Source of the DNA: Candidatus Omnitrophota bacterium
GTDB lineage: Bacteria; Omnitrophota; Gorgyraeia; Zapsychrales; Zapsychraceae
Assembly (NCBI GenBank): GCA_029261055.1
Contig: JAJDCA010000075.1
Location: forward strand, 77,573 to 141,572
Length of the DNA: 64,000 nt
Direction: 5' to 3'
The position numbers and the translations under genes are program-made. Below, piece after piece: positions 61,653 to 64,000 of this stretch. The notes below the pieces were generated by a model. That model searched no databases. It saw only the letters and a list, made by a program, of their open reading frames with translations, and was not told the origin of the DNA. The first letter of the stretch is position 1. The number at the start of each line of letters is the position of its first letter.

Positions 61653-61794
61653 GAAAAAATAGACGCTATATTTAACCCGTTATTTCTAAACGAGTAATAA
61701 AACAAATATATTCTATGAAAAAAAAGACTATGTCGATAATTTTTGATAATTATTTTGTGTTGTTTGTAATATTGACACAAAGTGGCGTACTTAT

Positions 61795-61811
61795 GTCAGT
61801 GCAACTGACAA
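61795..61811. terminator. Short hairpin TGTCAG-tgcaa-CTGACA between convergent giant gene and mutL (possible bidirectional terminator)
   Basis: 6-bp perfect stem with a 5-nt loop in the 175-nt convergent intergenic region. There is no clear U-tract. Confidence 0.25.
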
Positions 61812-61827
61812 TGTAAAGGTGGTCGTA

Positions 61828-63681
61828 TTACGTGCGTAAAAACTGTTTATCGAGAAATGATTCGGACATTTCTATGACGGTGGGGCGGCCGTGGGGGCAG
61901 GTGAAGGGGTCGAGGCATTGGAGGAGTTGTTCGCGTATGGCTTCGGCTTGTTCGGGTTTGAGGGCATCACCGGCCATGATGGATGAGCGACAGGCACGAC
62001 GAGCCAAGGTATCGTGATCAGTGCGGGCAATGGTGTCGCCGGCGAGTAAGGCGCGTACGGCTTTCTCGACATTCTTTAAAAGAAGTGGTTGGCTGTGGAC
62101 GGCAATCGTTTCGTCATTCCATTGTGTTGTATCTAATCCCAATTGATTTAGGTTTTCCTGACATTCTTCCCATGATACGAGTTCTTGAGCGCTGAGTTTG
62201 ATGAGAATAGGGCTCAATAGGTTCTGCACTTCCACACTTCCTTTATTCATTTGTTGAATCAGTTTTTCATACGTAACACGTTCTGCCGCGGCATGCTGGT
62301 CGATAACTAGCAATGAGGGGGTTGATTCAAAGAAAAGGAATTTATGGATGAACGTCCCGACAAAACGGGCATTGGTTAATTTGCTTTGCAAGCTATCCTG
62401 TTTTTGTTGAAACAAGGTTTCACCGGCCATCGAATAATATTCAGCCTGCGGAAAGGCGTATTGGTCTGACGGCGCTGTGCCGCGATTCGGTGCACTTTTT
62501 GAATTACCTTTATCCGTCGCGGAATACTGCGTGTTAGATGGTTCAAATATTGATGGTGGCACAGTGGTGTCAAACGGCATGTCCTTTGTCGTCGTGCCGG
62601 TCAGGGCACGATCAATGGAATAAGGTTTATTAGCGCTGTTTTCAGTAGATGTGTCTGAAGAAGGATCTACGGCTTGTTTGGCCGCCGAGGCCTGCATTAA
62701 AGTGTTTTCACATAAATGGCGTAAGATAGAGGTGATGATTTGTTCATTCTTCATTTTGACTTCCCGTTTTGCTGGGTGAATATTCACGTCAAGATCTTCG
62801 GCCGGCATATTGATAGTAACAACAAAAAATGGATAGGTCCCTTGGGGCATAATGAGACGGTACACATTATTCATATGAAAGCTGATGTTTTTATTATCCA
62901 CTGGCCGGCCATTAATAAATACAAACTGCATATCCCTTCGAGAGCGTGTGATATTAATATCGCCAAGGAACATATCAACGGTAATATTTTTATCGGATAA
63001 TTCTTGCTGCGTGGCGAGAATATTATCTTTGTTGAGGTTTAAGGTCGCCGCGATGCGTGTTACGGGATCTTCAGTCGGGGCAAGGTCGAGTAATGTTTTG
63101 CCTTGATGCGTCAGAAGAAATCGGATCTTAGGGTGCAGCAGGCTGTATGGAATAAAAATATTCAGAATTTGATTAAGTTCCGTGGTGTTGGTCTTGAGAA
63201 ATTTTTTTCGGGCTGGGGTATTAAAAAAGAGTTCTTTGACTTCTATGGTAGTGCCTTTGTCCGGTGCCGGACCGGGCTTTAAACTTAATTGTTTACTTCC
63301 ACGTAAATGAATTTCCCATCCGGTATCTTGTTCAATAGTCTTGCTTTGTAAAGTCACGTCTGCAATAGCCGCGACGCTGTACAATGCTTCTCCGCGAAAT
63401 CCTAAAGAATGAATATCAAAAAGGTCTTCGGCGCTTTGAATTTTGCTTGTCGCATGTCTGAGGAAAATTTTTTCTAAATCATCTTGCCCAATACCGGAAC
63501 CATTATCTTTGATAGTAATGGCTGTCTTGCCGGCATCTTTCAGATGGAGTTCAATGCTGTCAGCCCCGGCATCCAGACTATTTTCCAGAAGTTCTTTAAC
63601 GACGGATGCCGGACGTTCAATCACCTCACCGGCGGCGATTTTACTGATGATATCAGATGGGAGTATGTGGACTTTGTTCAT
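61828..63681 (-). CDS. mutL: DNA mismatch repair protein MutL (GHKL ATPase N-domain plus endonuclease-type C-domain)
   Basis: N-terminus MNKVHILPSDIISKIAAGEVIERPASVVKELLENSLDAGA...ITIKDNGSGI...GFRGEAL. C-terminus carries VIDQHAAAERVTYE (the DQHAx2Ex4E endonuclease motif) and FTCPHGRPT. Convergent with the giant gene. Confidence 0.95.
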   Translation of the reverse strand: MNKVHILPSDIISKIAAGEVIERPASVVKELLENSLDAGADSIELHLKDAGKTAITIKDNGSGIGQDDLEKIFLRHATSKIQSAEDLFDIHSLGFRGEALYSVAAIADVTLQSKTIEQDTGWEIHLRGSKQLSLKPGPAPDKGTTIEVKELFFNTPARKKFLKTNTTELNQILNIFIPYSLLHPKIRFLLTHQGKTLLDLAPTEDPVTRIAATLNLNKDNILATQQELSDKNITVDMFLGDINITRSRRDMQFVFINGRPVDNKNISFHMNNVYRLIMPQGTYPFFVVTINMPAEDLDVNIHPAKREVKMKNEQIITSILRHLCENTLMQASAAKQAVDPSSDTSTENSANKPYSIDRALTGTTTKDMPFDTTVPPSIFEPSNTQYSATDKGNSKSAPNRGTAPSDQYAFPQAEYYSMAGETLFQQKQDSLQSKLTNARFVGTFIHKFLFFESTPSLLVIDQHAAAERVTYEKLIQQMNKGSVEVQNLLSPILIKLSAQELVSWEECQENLNQLGLDTTQWNDETIAVHSQPLLLKNVEKAVRALLAGDTIARTDHDTLARRACRSSIMAGDALKPEQAEAIREQLLQCLDPFTCPHGRPTVIEMSESFLDKQFLRT

Positions 63682-63690
63682 AATTTATTA

Positions 63691-63960
63691 AAGAAGCAGA
63701 GAAGTAAGAAACAAGATGCAGAGATTTAAAATGAGGGCCAGAGGTGTAAGAAGTAAAGAATAAAGAAAGAGGAATTAAAAAAATAGAGACAATTTTTAGT
63801 AAAACAGTATTAAACTTTTTCTTTTTTTTACGTCTCTACTTCTCACATTTTTGTTTCTTACATCTCTGCTTCTTACATCTTTGCTTCCTGCTTCTCTACT
63901 ACAGGCATCTTTACTTCTTGCTTCTAACCTCTCTGCTTCTTGATTCTTTGCGCCTTTGCT
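63691..63960. repeat. Imperfect inverted repeat (63691-63715 AAGAAGCAGAGAAGTAAGAAACAAG versus reverse complement of 63850-63874) followed by CT-rich tandem motifs (cttcttacatct / ctgcttct) upstream of mutL
   Basis: 23 of 25 positions match between the arms, with a spacer of about 135 nt. The motif AGAAGCAGAGA recurs at least three times in reverse complement across 63850-63960. Confidence 0.5.
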
Positions 63961-64000
63961 TCTATTTAACTGTTTCTTTCAGCTTCCCCAACACATTCAA

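Noticed and set aside
1-64000. CRISPR arrays, rRNA or tRNA genes
   Set aside because: I saw no regularly spaced direct repeats with unique spacers and no rRNA/tRNA-like conserved stretches. The repeats present are dispersed or inverted, not CRISPR-like.

Overview
Almost the whole window (nt 3..61652, + strand) is one uninterrupted reading frame of at least 20,549 codons. The frame is already open at the left edge: the track's 'start' at 150 is only the first TTG, and codons 3..149 carry no stop. It ends at a TAG at 61650-61652, so the gene is 5'-truncated and the full protein is larger still. The product reads as a mosaic of roughly 75 predicted transmembrane helices alternating with soluble modules. 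The modules I can support from sequence are: a GT4 glycosyltransferase domain, a sucrose-phosphorylase-family (GH13_18-like) domain, a possible GT-A-like domain, a HAD-like domain and a dual-specificity-phosphatase-like domain lacking the catalytic Cys and Arg. It also carries a degenerate HD-GYP domain next to a GGDEF domain (GGEEI variant), an intact Upf1-like SF1B helicase domain (GTGKT, DEGS, GDIKQLPP, DNFQGRESD) with a degenerate second copy, two class-I SAM methyltransferase domains, a Pol-beta-type nucleotidyltransferase motif, three MoaD/ThiS-like beta-grasp segments ending in Gly-Gly, an XRE-type HTH, at least eight HExxH zincin-type motifs (two inside M50/S2P-like membrane modules), and several internal duplications at both protein and nucleotide level. 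Between nt 3363 and 4946 the opposite strand encodes three clearly recognisable toxin-antitoxin pairs: a MazF/PemK-like toxin with a small partner, DUF433 plus DUF5615, and BrnT plus BrnA. These sit antisense inside the giant frame. Four of the six are codon-aligned with the + frame, and their strand contains no in-frame TTA, CTA or TCA. A family of GC-rich short repeats (core YCCCGTGGYGGGTCG, tail GGCAAGGCAGCGGC) occurs in different reading frames at 2.8-4.0 kb and 9.5-10.5 kb and abuts the 3' ends of two of the toxin-antitoxin operons. Downstream, a convergently oriented intact mutL (61828..63681, -) carries the endonuclease DQHAAAERV and CPHGRP motifs, and its upstream region has an inverted repeat plus CT-rich tandem motifs. 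Composition and architecture resemble the giant membrane-protein genes reported from low-GC uncultivated lineages such as Omnitrophota, but I cannot assign the taxon from sequence alone. I saw no rRNA, tRNA or CRISPR array.
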